Shown here piece by piece: positions 1-11,622 of a stretch of 64,000 nucleotides of DNA (position 1 is its first letter; every line of letters starts with the position of its first letter). The DNA lies in the NCBI RefSeq assembly GCF_006345805.1, contig NC_042999.1:25978001-26042000 (forward strand), in the 5' to 3' direction. The translations under genes and the position numbers were made by a program. The DNA is from Octopus sinensis (Eukaryota). The notes under the pieces are model-generated. The model ran no database searches and was not told where the DNA came from. It worked only from the letters and a program-made list of their open reading frames with translations.

Positions 1-57
1 ACCTAAACACACCAACATCTGTTGTCAGACGATGTTGGCGAGACAAACAAACACAAG
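1..57 (-). mobile_element. Fragment of tRNA-derived SINE family B (body only, cut by window edge)
   Basis: aaacacaccaacatctgttgtcagacgatgttgg...gacaaacaaacac matches the segment aaacacaccagcatcggttgtcaagcaatgctagggggacaaacac of the full copy at 7146-7606. Confidence 0.5.
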
Positions 58-252
58 TAAATATTCATGCACCAAGTTCTCTCAAACAAACATGCATACT
101 CATGCATCTGTGTAATTATATGTATAAATATATATAATATTGTGTGAGTGTTAGTGTGTGTGTGTGTGTGTGTATGTGAATACACGATATTCAGGTATAC
201 ATATATATGTATAAACGTACATGTCCTGTTGTTTAGAGTATTGAAAATAATA

Positions 253-350
253 TCACCAGATCGTGGCTTCGATTCTCAGAACAGCTGTGTGTTGTATTCT
301 TGAGCAAAGCAATGTATTTAACGTTGCTCGAGGCAACTCATAAGAGAAAG
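253..350 (+). mobile_element. Decayed tRNA-derived SINE fragment (family D)
   Basis: B-box-like ggcttcgattctc followed by gttgtattcttgagcaaagc...tttaacgttgctc; similar to the reverse copy at 55080-55215. Confidence 0.35.
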
Positions 351-366
351 GAATCCACTGATCTGC

Positions 367-482
367 ACATACATACATACATACATACACATATACATAC
401 ATACATACATACATACATACATACATACATACATACACACATACATACATACATATAAACAGACAGACAGTCAGACAGACGC
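367..482. repeat. (TACA)n microsatellite with (CAGA)n end
   Basis: Direct reading of tandem tetranucleotides. Confidence 0.95.
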
Positions 483-741
483 ACACGTACAGTTTTCGTT
501 TCTAATATATGTATTTGTGTGATAATGTATTCTAGTCCAATTCTTTACTGTTCGTTTTAATCCAGGTACATGCAATTGTATGAATTAAAAGATTAATTTA
601 CACGTGAAACGAGATTTGTTTGTAAATATAAATGCTAGTGGACACTTTACACAAGCTCTCAGTACGCATGTTGAACATAATAATGTTATTCATTGTGAAT
701 TTAACAGAAACTTGATAACATATAGCGGAAAGCGCATGTGA

Positions 742-1153
742 CGGCGAGCTGGCAGAACGGTCAGCACACCGGGTGAAATCATTTGTGGTATTTCGTTCGC
801 CGCTGCGTTCTGAGTTCAAATTCCGCCGAGGTCCACTTTGCTTTTATCCTTTCGGGGTCGATAAATTAAGCACCAGTTTTGCACTTGGGTCGATATAATC
901 AACTTAATCCGTTTGTCTGCTCTTGTGTGTCCCCTCTGTGTTTAGCCCCCTGTAGGTAGTAAAGAAATAGGTATTTCGTCTGTCTTTACGTTCTGAGTTT
1001 AAATTCCGCCAAGGTCGACTTTGCCTTTCATCCTTTTGTGGTCGATAATTAAGTACCAGTTACGCACTGGGGTCGATGTAATCGACTTCATTCCTTTGTC
1101 TGTCCTTGTTTGTCTCCTCTATGTTTAGCCCCTTGTGGGCAATAAAAAATAAG
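742..1153 (+). mobile_element. SINE family A, head-to-tail dimer (full unit 742-970 plus headless unit 971-1153)
   Basis: Pol III A-box-like tggcagaacggtcagc and B-box gagttcaaattcc; core (g)cctttcatcctttcggggtcgataaattaagtaccagt (from memory resembles a Nin/Deu-type conserved SINE domain); second unit restarts at gtatttcgtc. Confidence 0.9.
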
Positions 1154-1454
1154 AAAGTGCATATGAACATATTGCAGTTGAGTTTACTTGTTAAGTTGTG
1201 AAATTTCGAATTATTGCAGGTTTTGCGGTTCGTTGTTTTTCTGAAGTCATTAGAGTGTGGGGCAAAATACACTGCAGTGTTTACGTCTAGCATACTAATA
1301 TATTCTGAATTTAGACAAGAGCAACTCCCGCTACATTTTTAATTCATTTTGAGTCGAAATGTATATTCATTGACCTATATGGTACCGACTTAGCTCTCCC
1401 CGTATGTAACTCTGTGACAAATTTAGCAATTGAGGCTGGAGGGTTTTTACCTTC

Positions 1455-3590
1455 ATTTTTACCTTCGACGACTGGCTCAGGATGATGTTCATACCAGTAA
1501 GCAGGAGTGCCGATTTTGTAGTGTTTGCATATTTTCCAATGTAAATACTGTCCTAACCTACCGTGGCAATATTTGTCTTCGTCAAGAGTGTCGTAGAATG
1601 TGAATTTAGGGTCAGAATCATTTTGAAGAATGTTAAACTTGTAGTTTTCGATAAGCATGTTTTCATCTTTTGCCGCCATTATGAAATATTCAGTCTCTGC
1701 TTTCAATTCTGAGCTTCTCAGCCACTAATGGGTCATTGCTTGGTCTACATCAGCATTTCGGCTTCGAAGTCTATGCTTCCCACAGAGAGGCTCCTGGATC
1801 CACAGCTCCTCAATTTGTTTCTGTCAGTTCTCTTTCGATGTCTGTTTGATCCGTTTTGTCTTTACGTTGTAGTGGTTTCAGGTTCTTCATCTAATTCAGG
1901 ATTAATACCAAGATTCCTTGCGAATTTGCAAGCTTCCTTGACAATAGAACATGAGTTTTTGCTCCTTTCCAGTTGGCACACAAGCCACTGGATAAGTACT
2001 TGTTCATTGCTATTGTGGAGTCTTCTTCCCTCATTAACTCTAGGTAAGTACAGACGGACAACGTCTCCTTTTTGTTTGTGCAGGTTCTTAGATGTTAGTA
2101 GCTTTCTTGTCTCCATGTCCAGGCGTTGGAGCTCTGTAAGTTTCCAGTTAATAATGTTAAGACTGTATTGGATAACTAGAAGTGTCCGGGTGTTAATGGC
2201 TTCGATGCGAATTTTGGGGTTGAGTTCAGTTTTTAGTACGAGTCGTATTCTCCTGTAATACTTTCGTATTTTCCCTTCATAGTAGCATGTTGTATACTAT
2301 CATCGTTTATCCCCAACTTTTTATAGCTTTCTTGTAGGTCAAGTCCCTTAATGATGGTCTCGGTATCTAAATTAATAGAAACTGTTTGCTTGAGATTGCC
2401 TGTTATAAAAATTGCTTTAGCACACTTACCAAGGCCAAAATTCATTTCCGATGTCATTGCTGAACTCTTTAACAGTTGTTAACAGCCCTACTAGCTATTC
2501 CTCATTTCTAGAAAACAGCTTCAGGTTGTCCATATAAAACAAAACAGATGATTTACTACAATATTATACAGTTTTAATCATACCCTGTGTTACTCAGTTC
2601 TTTTACGAGTCTGATTAGTGCCATGTAGTGGAGATAGGGAATCACCTTGAAAGATGCTTCGTTTGATGTTGATGTTGTTAAATTGGCTCATCCCATTACA
2701 ATGGTTTAGAAAGAGACGTGTATTCCACTTGGCCATACTACCGTGTAAGAAAATTGGAGACGACGTGAGAAATCTTGTATGTCTCAAGCTCCTTGAGTAG
2801 CCAATGATGTGGAACATTATGAGACGCTTTTCTGTAGTCTATCAGTGCCATACTCAGGTTCTTCTTGTTGCTCCGGCAAATCTTTACAATCATTTTATGT
2901 ATGAGTAATTGATCTTTGTATCCATTGGAATTCCTTTTACAACCTCTTTGAGCTTGTGAAGGTTCTGTTCCAAGTAAGTGTATATTCTTTCGGTTAGTAT
3001 GGATGTAAGATCTTGTAGGTGGTGTTGAGACATGTTATTGGTTGGTAATTCTTTGGATTTTTCGTGTCTTCAATGTTTGGTAGGATGTAAGGATCATGTA
3101 GGTGGTGTTGAGACATGTTATTGGTTGGTAATTCTTTGGATTTTTCGTGTCTTCAATTTTTGGTAGAAGGTGTATAGTTCCTCCGGTTAGTCAGGCAGGT
3201 ATTTGCTCTGGGTGCTGGATGCAGCAACATTTTGGTGTTCTTCCGTTAATAAGTTCAGACAGGGATCCTTCCCACTCCTGGGGTTTTTCATTTGTGAGAC
3301 TTTCTAAGAACACATCTTTGCTCTTCTGCTCTGCTCTTCAAATTCATACAGTCTCACTTTCTCACCTTCTATCAAGTGAGCTTAGGCATTATATTCTTTT
3401 ATTGTTGCTCCATATCTTCTTCAAGAACTCTTTAATTTCCTCAGTCTTAGGCGGATCCTTTACTTCTATCTTGCTTATGCCAATTTCCCTATAAAACGTT
3501 TTTGCATCCGTCTTGAATACCTTGTTTTGTCGATAAAATTTGATTCTTTCGTCATAACTTCTTAGCCGTTTATATTTTTGCCTGAATACA
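1455..3590 (-). mobile_element. Decayed, 5'- and 3'-truncated REL-type non-LTR retrotransposon (R4/Dong-like), RT through post-RT region
   Basis: Minus-strand peptides RIKFYRQNKVFKTDAKTFYREIG (pre-RT), PKNYQPITCLNTTYK, NLSMALIDYRK, IKRSIFQGDSLSPL, FYMDNLKLF (YMDD decayed), KQKGDVVRLYLPRVNEGRRL, KAETEYFIMAAKD and GQYLHWKICKHY..WYEHHPEPVVEGK; many stops and frameshifts. Confidence 0.9.
3001..3166. repeat. ~83-bp tandem duplication inside the retrotransposon RT domain 1
   Basis: ggatgtaa(g)gatc(t/a)tgtaggtggtgttgagacatgttattggttggtaattctttggatttttcgtgtcttcaat(g/t)tttggtag occurs twice head-to-tail. Confidence 0.9.
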
Positions 3591-4018
3591 ATTGCACCAT
3601 ACGGAAAACCTGTGCTGCAACTGCCCATAACATCAATTGCAAGGAATGCAAGGCAGGAAAGGCAAGGACAGTAATGATTCTAAGGTATCCGAAAGATCAG
3701 AACATCCGATAAAATTCCCCCTCCCCCGCAAATGTATGAACAGGGAGGAAATGGAAAGCGGAAGAGGCAGTAAACAATGAGATCGGAAAGCTAAGACATA
3801 CCGATATAGTCGGAGTGATGCAAGAAGAAAGAGCCGGTCTAAGGTTGCACAACTTCAAGCCATTTTGCATGAGCAGTGTAAAAGCAATGAAAGGAGCAGT
3901 CGTACACACACTGAGAAAGGAGGAAAAAGGACATAAAACCACGTCTTCAAAAAAAGTATACGAGAAAGAGAAAAGATGGAAGAGATACTGGGAGCTGGAA
4001 GTTTTTCATGCGATATAA
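3591..4018 (+). mobile_element. HERO/NeSL-like non-LTR retrotransposon fragment (post-RT region)
   Basis: Translation IAPYGKPVLQLPITSIA/ECKAGKARTVMILRYPKD...TGRKWKAEEAVNNEIGKLRHTDIVGVMQEERAGL matches, from memory, the HERO-clade motif ALYG..LQLP..S..EEFK..KAR..MML..S.D...RTGRKW.A..AV...L.H.DIVG.V..GRAGLG. Confidence 0.65.
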
Positions 4019-5084
4019 TCACATACTTTTTAGACATTGCAGCCTTTTGAATTATGTTACACACACTTGTATAGGACGAATTCATTATTTCAGTTATCGT
4101 TTCTTAATATATTTATGACGAGGAAATCGAGTAATCCACTAGATATTTCCTCATTGACATGGAGTGAAGTAGTTATTTCCCAATAATAATTTCTAGTGAC
4201 ACCCCGTATGATCATATAGAAAATCATTTCACTTTGTACTGTGACAAGCTCTTAGATCATATTGTCATTGGTTATCTTGCAACAAGTGCCACTTATGTCA
4301 TAACCGTCATATTGCACAGTAAAGCCCTGGGTACATTATCTTGACATATCATTAGATCTCTATAATGGGGATGTTTTGACCTAGTTTGATATGAACTCAC
4401 TAGAATGCAGTAAAAGAAAGAGCTTTATAATCGGTAAATCGATCTGCTAAATTCCATCAAAATACACACTACTTTATTGGAAAGGAAGTTGGGATTTGGT
4501 ATTCTAGTAATATGGAATTGTATATATTTAAGGAAAATAAGATTAGCTAGTGTTGGCAGGAATGTTGTGGAATATTTTCAGTTATTTTGACCTGCGCTTA
4601 AATATCAACGACAACCGCAAACATCTGAGTTCCCCAAAATATTTACCATTACAAGGACATGTTATTATTTAACATATTATTACAGTAAAATCGGATAATT
4701 TATGTCTGTATATATCTTTCATTTATTCTATATCGAACGTTTTAGAAGATTCACGTTGCTGAGATAAATGCATTGATACCATGATGAATATTTTGATTCA
4801 ACTATAGCTATGGCATAATTTGAGAATGTGGGTCTTCGCTCATATAACAATCGCTGAGAAATCACATCTGTTTTGGCCATTTGCTCAAGTTTTAAACATT
4901 AAAGATAATTATATGTATTTGATAATGAAAAGATTCGAATATTTCTTAATGTCTTATCTAAATATTTAAATATTTCCCCCATTCTTAAGGTATCTGTGAT
5001 TCATAGATTTCAATCTGACGCTGCGTTATATATCATTCATTTATTCTTTGCAACTATATTCGGAATCCTTTTAACTGCAGTATT

Positions 5085-5213
5085 TCAGCCATTAGACTGC
5101 AGCCATACTTGAAGAACTTTAGTCGAATGAATCGACCCAAGTGCTTGAGCAGTGGGATCAATGTAATCGACTCATCCCACCTCGAAAATTTGTAGCCTTG
5201 TCCCAAAATTTAA
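5085..5213. mobile_element. Fused SINE fragments (family B 3' piece on minus, family A-type tail on plus)
   Basis: tttcagccattagactgcagccat...tttagtcgaatgaatcgaccc (B-like) followed by ggatcaatgtaatcgact...ccttgtcccaaaatttaaac (A-type tail variant, cf. 45273-45478). Confidence 0.45.
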
Positions 5214-5223
5214 ACATTACATT

Positions 5224-5224
<1 letters not shown>

Positions 5225-5274
<50 letters not shown>

Positions 5275-5303
5275 CACTACTACAGCTACTGCTGCTGCTG
5301 CTG

Positions 5304-5341
<38 letters not shown>

Positions 5342-5397
5342 GCTGCTACTGCTGCTGCTACAGCCACTGCTACTGCTGCTGCGGCTGCTGCTGCTCT
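5225..5397. repeat. Compound (TAC)n/(TGC)n trinucleotide microsatellite
   Basis: Alternating tac and tgc runs; explains the poly-Thr/Ala and poly-Val ORFs. Confidence 0.95.
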
Positions 5398-6300
5398 TTA
5401 CTGACTCGGAGTAGAGTCAATATCTTATCCATCTAAATATATCAATTTTTATTTTGGATTATATTTCAAACAGCGATTATTATTGAACAATTCAGAATAG
5501 CGCGGGAAGAAAGTATGTCAGTTACTTAATATTTTTCTTTATTTTTGCGTCTAGCTACAAGTTTGAACTAGCTTTTTAACAAGCTTCCCCACCATCTAAA
5601 CTATTGTGAACAAAACAAAAGTGCTACCAATAAATGTGAAAGCAGGAAATGCGAAAATATTTTTAAAAATCACTAATCGTCATCATCGTCAGCTGCAATT
5701 TTTTTCTGAATTATTTTTATGTGCAGTGTGAACTGCATCCTAAAATTATGCGTACAAGAAAAGTTTGGAATGAAATATTCTTCCAATCTATCTATAAACA
5801 TTGCTAATCGAATATAATATCAAAGCACTCTATAAATCAGGTTTGTTAACATTAAACATCTTTACATAAATATTTTTCTCAGGTCGTTTCTCTAATTTAT
5901 TTTATAAGTGATGTTTGATCTCAAATTTTGTGACAAAATTTTATTTTTCATTTAGTCTTAAAAATTTTTTTTATTTACTTTGTGTAGCGAAGCTCTCTCT
6001 TCTGTCACTCCTTCGCATAAAATCAAATTATAGCTCGTTACTGTACTTTATCATATTTTAACGTCTTAATTCAACTCACCTCACTCCATAAAATAGTAAG
6101 TGTCAATCATTATTAAATAGAACCATGATATCTTGAATAATCAAAACTGAGATATAAATGAGTTTCCGAATTAGTCAATCTTTTCTTTATATTTTTTACA
6201 TACTAAACGATAGAAAATTTTGAAGAACCAAATGAAGAGTCCTCTACGTTAATTCTCAGTCTACTAGAAGTAACAATAGAGTCTCTTAATATTGCATCCA

Positions 6301-6715
6301 ACCTATTTCTTCACTACCCACAAGGGGCTAAACACAGAGAGGACAAACAAGGACAGACACAGGGATTAAGTTGATTACATCGACCACAGTGCGTCACTGG
6401 TACGTAATTTATCGTTCCCGAAAGGATGAAAGGTAAAGTTGGCCCGGGTGGAATTTGTGCTTAGAATGTAAAGATAGATGAAATACCTATTTCTTTACTA
6501 CCCACAATGGGCTAAACACAGAGAGGACGAACAAGGACAGATAAACGGATTAAGTCGATTATATCGACCCCAGTGCGTAACTGGTACTTAATTTATTGAC
6601 CCAGGAAGGATGAAAGGCAAAGTCGACCTCGGCGGTATTTGAGCCGAGAACGTAACGGCAGACGAAATACGGCTACGCATTTCGCCCGGCGTGTTAACGT
6701 TTCTGCCAGCTCGCC
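6301..6715 (-). mobile_element. SINE family A head-to-tail dimer
   Basis: Reverse complement of the 742-1153 structure: headed unit ~6486-6715 and headless, more diverged unit 6301-6485 joined at gaaatag|gtatttc. Confidence 0.9.
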
Positions 6716-6809
6716 ATCATACAAAAAGGAGACGCTGCTAATGCAGTTGACTGATTCATAAAAAATTGTGAAACGATAATTGTGGAAATGATATTTATCG
6801 TTCAAATGT

Positions 6810-6990
6810 CTTTGAAGATATCCCTCTTTGGTCAGGAGAGATCTTGTGCAAAACAACAGCAACAATAAATATCGTAGATACAACGACAAATAACTTGTGT
6901 TGAAAGAGTGAAGTTCATTACTTAGACGTGTATCTGTCTTAATTTCGAAAATGTGAATGGCAAATTTGACACCGAAACGATATGAAATCT
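6810..6990 (+). mobile_element. Highly decayed Penelope-like RT fragment
   Basis: FEDIPLW...INIVDTTTNNLC*KSEVHYLDVYL/NVNGKFDT resembles the PLE RT pattern YIDDIF.IW...LN..DP.IKFT...S.V.FLDV.I....G.L.T. Confidence 0.4.
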
Positions 6991-7145
6991 GAATGCAAGA
7001 AAACACTTTACGTCACGATACTCTACCATAACAATGAAGCTGACTTACTCTGATTTCAAAGTAAACTATAATAGGTTGATGACATAGCTTTTTGTAGCCA
7101 TCTTAAAGTTTTTGTAGCATCTTAAAGTTTTGACGTGAATAGTAT

Positions 7146-7369
7146 ACTCCTTTACTCTCTCTTTTACTTGTTTCAGTCTTTTGACTGCGGTCATGCTGGA
7201 GCACCACCTTTAATCGAGCAACTTGACTCCGGGACTTATTCTTTTGTAAGCCCAGTACTTATTCCATCTGTCTCTTTTGCCGAACCACTAAATAACAGGG
7301 ACATAAACACACCAGCATCGGTTGTCAAGCAATGCTAGGGGGACAAACACAGACACACAAGCACACACA

Positions 7370-7434
<65 letters not shown>

Positions 7435-7606
7435 CATATATACGACGGGCTTCTTTCATTTTCCATCTACCAAATCCACTCACAAGATTTTAATCGGCCC
7501 GAGGCTATAGTAGAAGACAATTGCCCAAGGTGCCACACAGTGGGACTGAACCCGGAACCATGTGGTTGGTAGACAGGCTACTTACCACACATCCACTCCT
7601 GCGCCT
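7146..7606 (-). mobile_element. SINE family B, full length, with internal (CA)n(TA)n microsatellite
   Basis: On minus: head ggagtggatgtgtggtaag (A box)...ccgggttcagtccc (B box); core ttgggcaa..gtcttctactatagcctcgggccga...gtgagtggatttggtaga.ggaaa; tail gactgaaacaagtaaaagag. Confidence 0.9.
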
Positions 7607-7719
7607 ATGGGACTCTTTAAATATTAATGAAGCGAACACATGCACTGATGTTAAGCAACAGTGTTTATTACATACTTTCTGAAACGATTTAGACAAGTAT
7701 ATACATATAACAGCACTTA

Positions 7720-7764
<45 letters not shown>

Positions 7765-8394
7765 TATGTGTGCACACAAATGTATGTGTGTATACGTTTG
7801 TATTCTGTTTGTATGGAATTGCGGTGTATTTATATAAGACAGAAATAATTTGTAACATCAATAACGCTACCTTACACAGTAATATATGATTTTGTTGGAA
7901 TCTGCAAGATGGTGGTTATCACAGTTATTAGCTTCCGTTGAATTTATGCTTTCTCATTTCACTAGTAATAAGTGAAAGACAGGATATAATATTTTCAGAT
8001 AAAATATTGTATTTCAAATATAATGCCACTGGGAAGTCATCAGATTCTCGCAAATGATATTAATTTCTAATTAACTGTCACGAAATGTGATTATGGGATT
8101 TTTCTAACATTTTTAAAGAGGTTATATTATTTGCATATTGATGCCAAAATAAATAAATAATAGAAGTGCAGTGATATATGTAATAAAATGTCAAATATTT
8201 CGTATAGTAAATGTGATTGTGCGTATGAAAGTACACCCTGACTTAACAACACGTGCTAAATATAATTAACGTAAACTAATTAGTATTTATGCTCTACCTA
8301 ACAGCTCAGGAACCTTAAAATCTTTTTTATGTCTCAGCTGAATTGCCATTCCTATATTTTTATACATCTTAGATTTAGCGATCACTAGCAGAAT

Positions 8395-9085
8395 GTATGC
8401 ATACATACATACATACATACATACATACATACATACATACATACATACATACATACACACATACATGCGTTCATACATCATACTTACATACATACAAACT
8501 TACATACATACAAACATACATACATACATACAAACAAACATACATACATACATACATACAAACATACATACATACACACATACATACGTTCATACACCAT
8601 ACCTACATACATACATACATACAAACTACATACATACAAACATACATACATACATACAAACAAACATACATACATACATACATACAAACAAACATACATA
8701 CATACATACATACGTTCATACACCATACCTACATACATACATACATACAAACATACATACATACATACATACATACACAGATACATACGTTCATTCATCA
8801 TACCTACGTACTTACATACATACATGCAAACATACATACATACATACAAACATACATACATACATACATACATGCATACGTTCATACATCATACCTACGT
8901 ACATACATACATACATACACACATACATACGTTCATACATCATACCTACGTACATACATACATACACACATACATACGTTCATACATCATACATACATAC
9001 ATACATACATACATACATACATACATACATCATACATACATACATACACACATACATACGTACATACATACTTATATATATGTAT
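8395..9085. repeat. ~690-bp (TACA)n-derived satellite with recurring higher-order motif
   Basis: TACA/AACA runs punctuated about seven times by cgttcataca(c/t)catac(c/t)tac; source of the 234-239 aa low-complexity ORFs. Confidence 0.95.
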
Positions 9086-9440
9086 ATATGTACCCGGTTA
9101 ATTAGTGGTTAGGCACAGATATTGGGGATTGAGATAGGTAAATGCATTGTATGATGGACATTACAAAACAAACTTTGGTGGTAATTAGGCTGTTGATGTT
9201 TCTTTGTTTTATTCATAAGGAATACGTATGGGTGTCGTTGGCGTTGTGTTATTAGAATGCTTATGCATTAATGCTAAGTATATGATACGCATCTATTTGG
9301 TTGATTAGTATGAATTATATAGTTACATGTACATACTAAGGTTGCGAGAATTTTAGGTAAGAATAATTTTCACGTTGTCGTTAATTTTGAATATGTAATT
9401 ACCATTCAAATCTTTATTTGAAGAATATTTTCGGAACGAA

Positions 9441-9675
9441 AGAAGGCGGCGAGCTGGCAGACACGTTAGCGCACCGGGCGAAATACTTAGCGGTATTTCG
9501 TCTGTCGTTACGTTCTGAGTTCAAATTCCGCCGAGGTCGACTTTGCCTTTCATCCTTTCGGGGTCGATAGATAGAGTACCAGTTTCGCACTGGGGCCGAT
9601 GTAATCGACTTAATCCCTTTGTCTGTCCTTGTTTGTCCCCTCTATGTTTAGCCCCTTGTGGGCAATAATGAAACC
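9441..9675 (+). mobile_element. SINE family A monomer with 15-bp target-site duplication
   Basis: Identical tattttcggaacgaa at 9426-9440 and 9676-9690; A/B boxes and core intact. Confidence 0.95.
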
Positions 9676-9890
9676 TATTTTCGGAACGAATACTGTAAAG
9701 CATTATATTCTGAGGTTACACAAGACTGTTGTCATACTTGAATTATTCTCGAGGCCGATAAAATACAAAACCCGGTAGGCAAATGTAGATTAATGGAAGT
9801 GTTAGGTCGTTGATTAACAAACGCGATACTAATCGTTACGCATTATATCGGTGTTATGAAAGCACTCTTTACGTTAAATAACAGTTAAAA

Positions 9891-9940
9891 AATCTGGCTG
9901 TGGCTAATACAAGATCGCTTGTATTAGCCACAGCCAGATT
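9891..9940. other. Perfect 23-bp inverted repeat with 4-nt loop
   Basis: aatctggctgtggctaatacaag-atcg-cttgtattagccacagccagatt. Confidence 0.95.
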
Positions 9941-10252
9941 CACCGAAAGACATTTCCCTCGGCATCCTAGAATGGTGATATAACGTTACTTACATAGATA
10001 TCCATCACCAACGTTTGAAACATCCAATTCATTGGTGGTTGTATTAAATTGTTGCCATGAATAGAAAATATTATCGAACCACACCGATAAAGTGCGCAGC
10101 CAGAAATCTCAAGGTATCTCTAAATGCCTTAGTGAGGATATAACATGGGAAATTCACTGTATAATGTAATCGTCTAACAACGACTGGTTTTCAGTTCAGA
10201 ATGAGAAAATCTGATACAGTACACAGTTAAAAGTAGACTTTTAAATAATTCC

Positions 10253-10301
10253 TGGCTGGGATGATTCATTGGCTGGGATGATTCATTGGCTGGGATGATT
10301 C
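10253..10301. repeat. 17-bp minisatellite, three copies (third partial)
   Basis: tggctgggatgattcat x2 plus tggctgggatgattc. Confidence 0.95.
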
Positions 10302-11047
10302 GAGAAAAGGTCTCGAAAGTTTATACGAATAACTAAACTGGATACAGCGAGCAACTAAGCAGGAAGTACCATTTTCAAAATCTGATAAATTTTTAATGAA
10401 TGTGTATTCCATAACATTACTAATATTTGTGGGAATGTATGAAAACCACAGGTTAAATTATATTTTCCATATATAGAAGAACAAATCAGAAATATTTTGT
10501 TATAATCACTGAATACTTTCAAATGATTTTCAGTGTCCTCCCAAAGTATAGTACTCTATTCTCACGCAATACATCTTCGTCTTTCTTTCATACTTCCCTA
10601 TTCACCTTATTCCTTACTCCATGTCATCTTCCTCATCAATATATATATACATCATATATCCTTTTAACTCATCATTTCTACTATTATCACGCACACACAA
10701 TCAACATTATATTCTACGTTTTTATCTCAAACCCAAATAATACTTTGTTTTCATCACTACATTATCTATTTAAATATTCGACACTGAAAAGCTATTGTTA
10801 TTTCTAATTCATTCCCCAACAATACTTCTGGAATTATGTATATATTTATATGTATATCTATCTATCTATCTATCTGTATATATATATATATATAGCGAGA
10901 GAGAGAGAGAGAGAGATATGTACATATATATATATCTAAAGATATGTAAGTGTGTATATATATATATCCGTGTGTATATATATATATATGTATATATACA
11001 CATGTATATATACAGATGTCAGTCTCTCACCTTCTTTCTCTCTCTCT

Positions 11048-11267
11048 CTTTACTTTTACTCCTTACTCTTTTACCCATTTCAGTCATCTGACTGTAGCCA
11101 TGCTGGAGTACCGCCTTTAGTCGAGCAAATCGACCCCAGGACTTATTGTTTGTAAGGATAGTACTTATTCTATCGGTATCTTTTGCCGAACCGCTAGTTT
11201 ACGGGGACGTAACACACCAGCATCGGTTGTCAAGCCGACGATGGCTTGACAGCAAACATATACACAG

Positions 11268-11300
<33 letters not shown>

Positions 11301-11336
11301 CACACGCGCGTGCACACACACACACACACGCGCATG

Positions 11337-11378
<42 letters not shown>

Positions 11379-11542
11379 CGATGGGTTTCTTTCAGTTTCG
11401 GTCTACCAAATCCACTCACAAGGCTTTGGTCGGCCCGCGGGTATAGTAGAAGACATTTGCCCAAGTTGCCACGCTGAGGGACTGAACCCAGAACCATGTG
11501 GTTGGTAAGCAAGCTCCTTACCACACAGCAACTCCTACGCCT
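11048..11542 (-). mobile_element. SINE family B, full length, internal (CA)n(TA)n
   Basis: Collinear with 7146-7606 and 41601-42078. Confidence 0.9.
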
Positions 11543-11569
11543 AAATATATAAACATAGGAATGCTTACA

Positions 11570-11586
11570 CACACATATATATATCG

Positions 11587-11622
<36 letters not shown>

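Noticed and set aside
1728-2258. 176-aa plus-strand ORF
   Set aside because: Antisense to the R4/Dong-like retrotransposon ORF
3600-3665. Apparent gag-type CCHC knuckle (CCNC..H..C)
   Set aside because: Another frame gives a better continuous match to the HERO-like LQLPITS..E.K..KAR motif
5141-5404. Poly-Thr/Ala ORF as a mucin or antifreeze-like exon
   Set aside because: Pure (TAC)/(TGC) microsatellite following SINE debris; no supporting splice or domain evidence
7090-7131. ~21-bp tandem duplication; similar short repeats at 1444-1466 and 43200-43260
   Set aside because: Ordinary slippage duplications with no further signal
8393-9112. Longest ORFs in the track (234-239 aa)
   Set aside because: Translations of a TACA-based satellite (YIHT repeats); no protein-like complexity
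10253-10301. Short direct repeats as a possible CRISPR array
   Set aside because: No spacers; eukaryotic context; no cas genes
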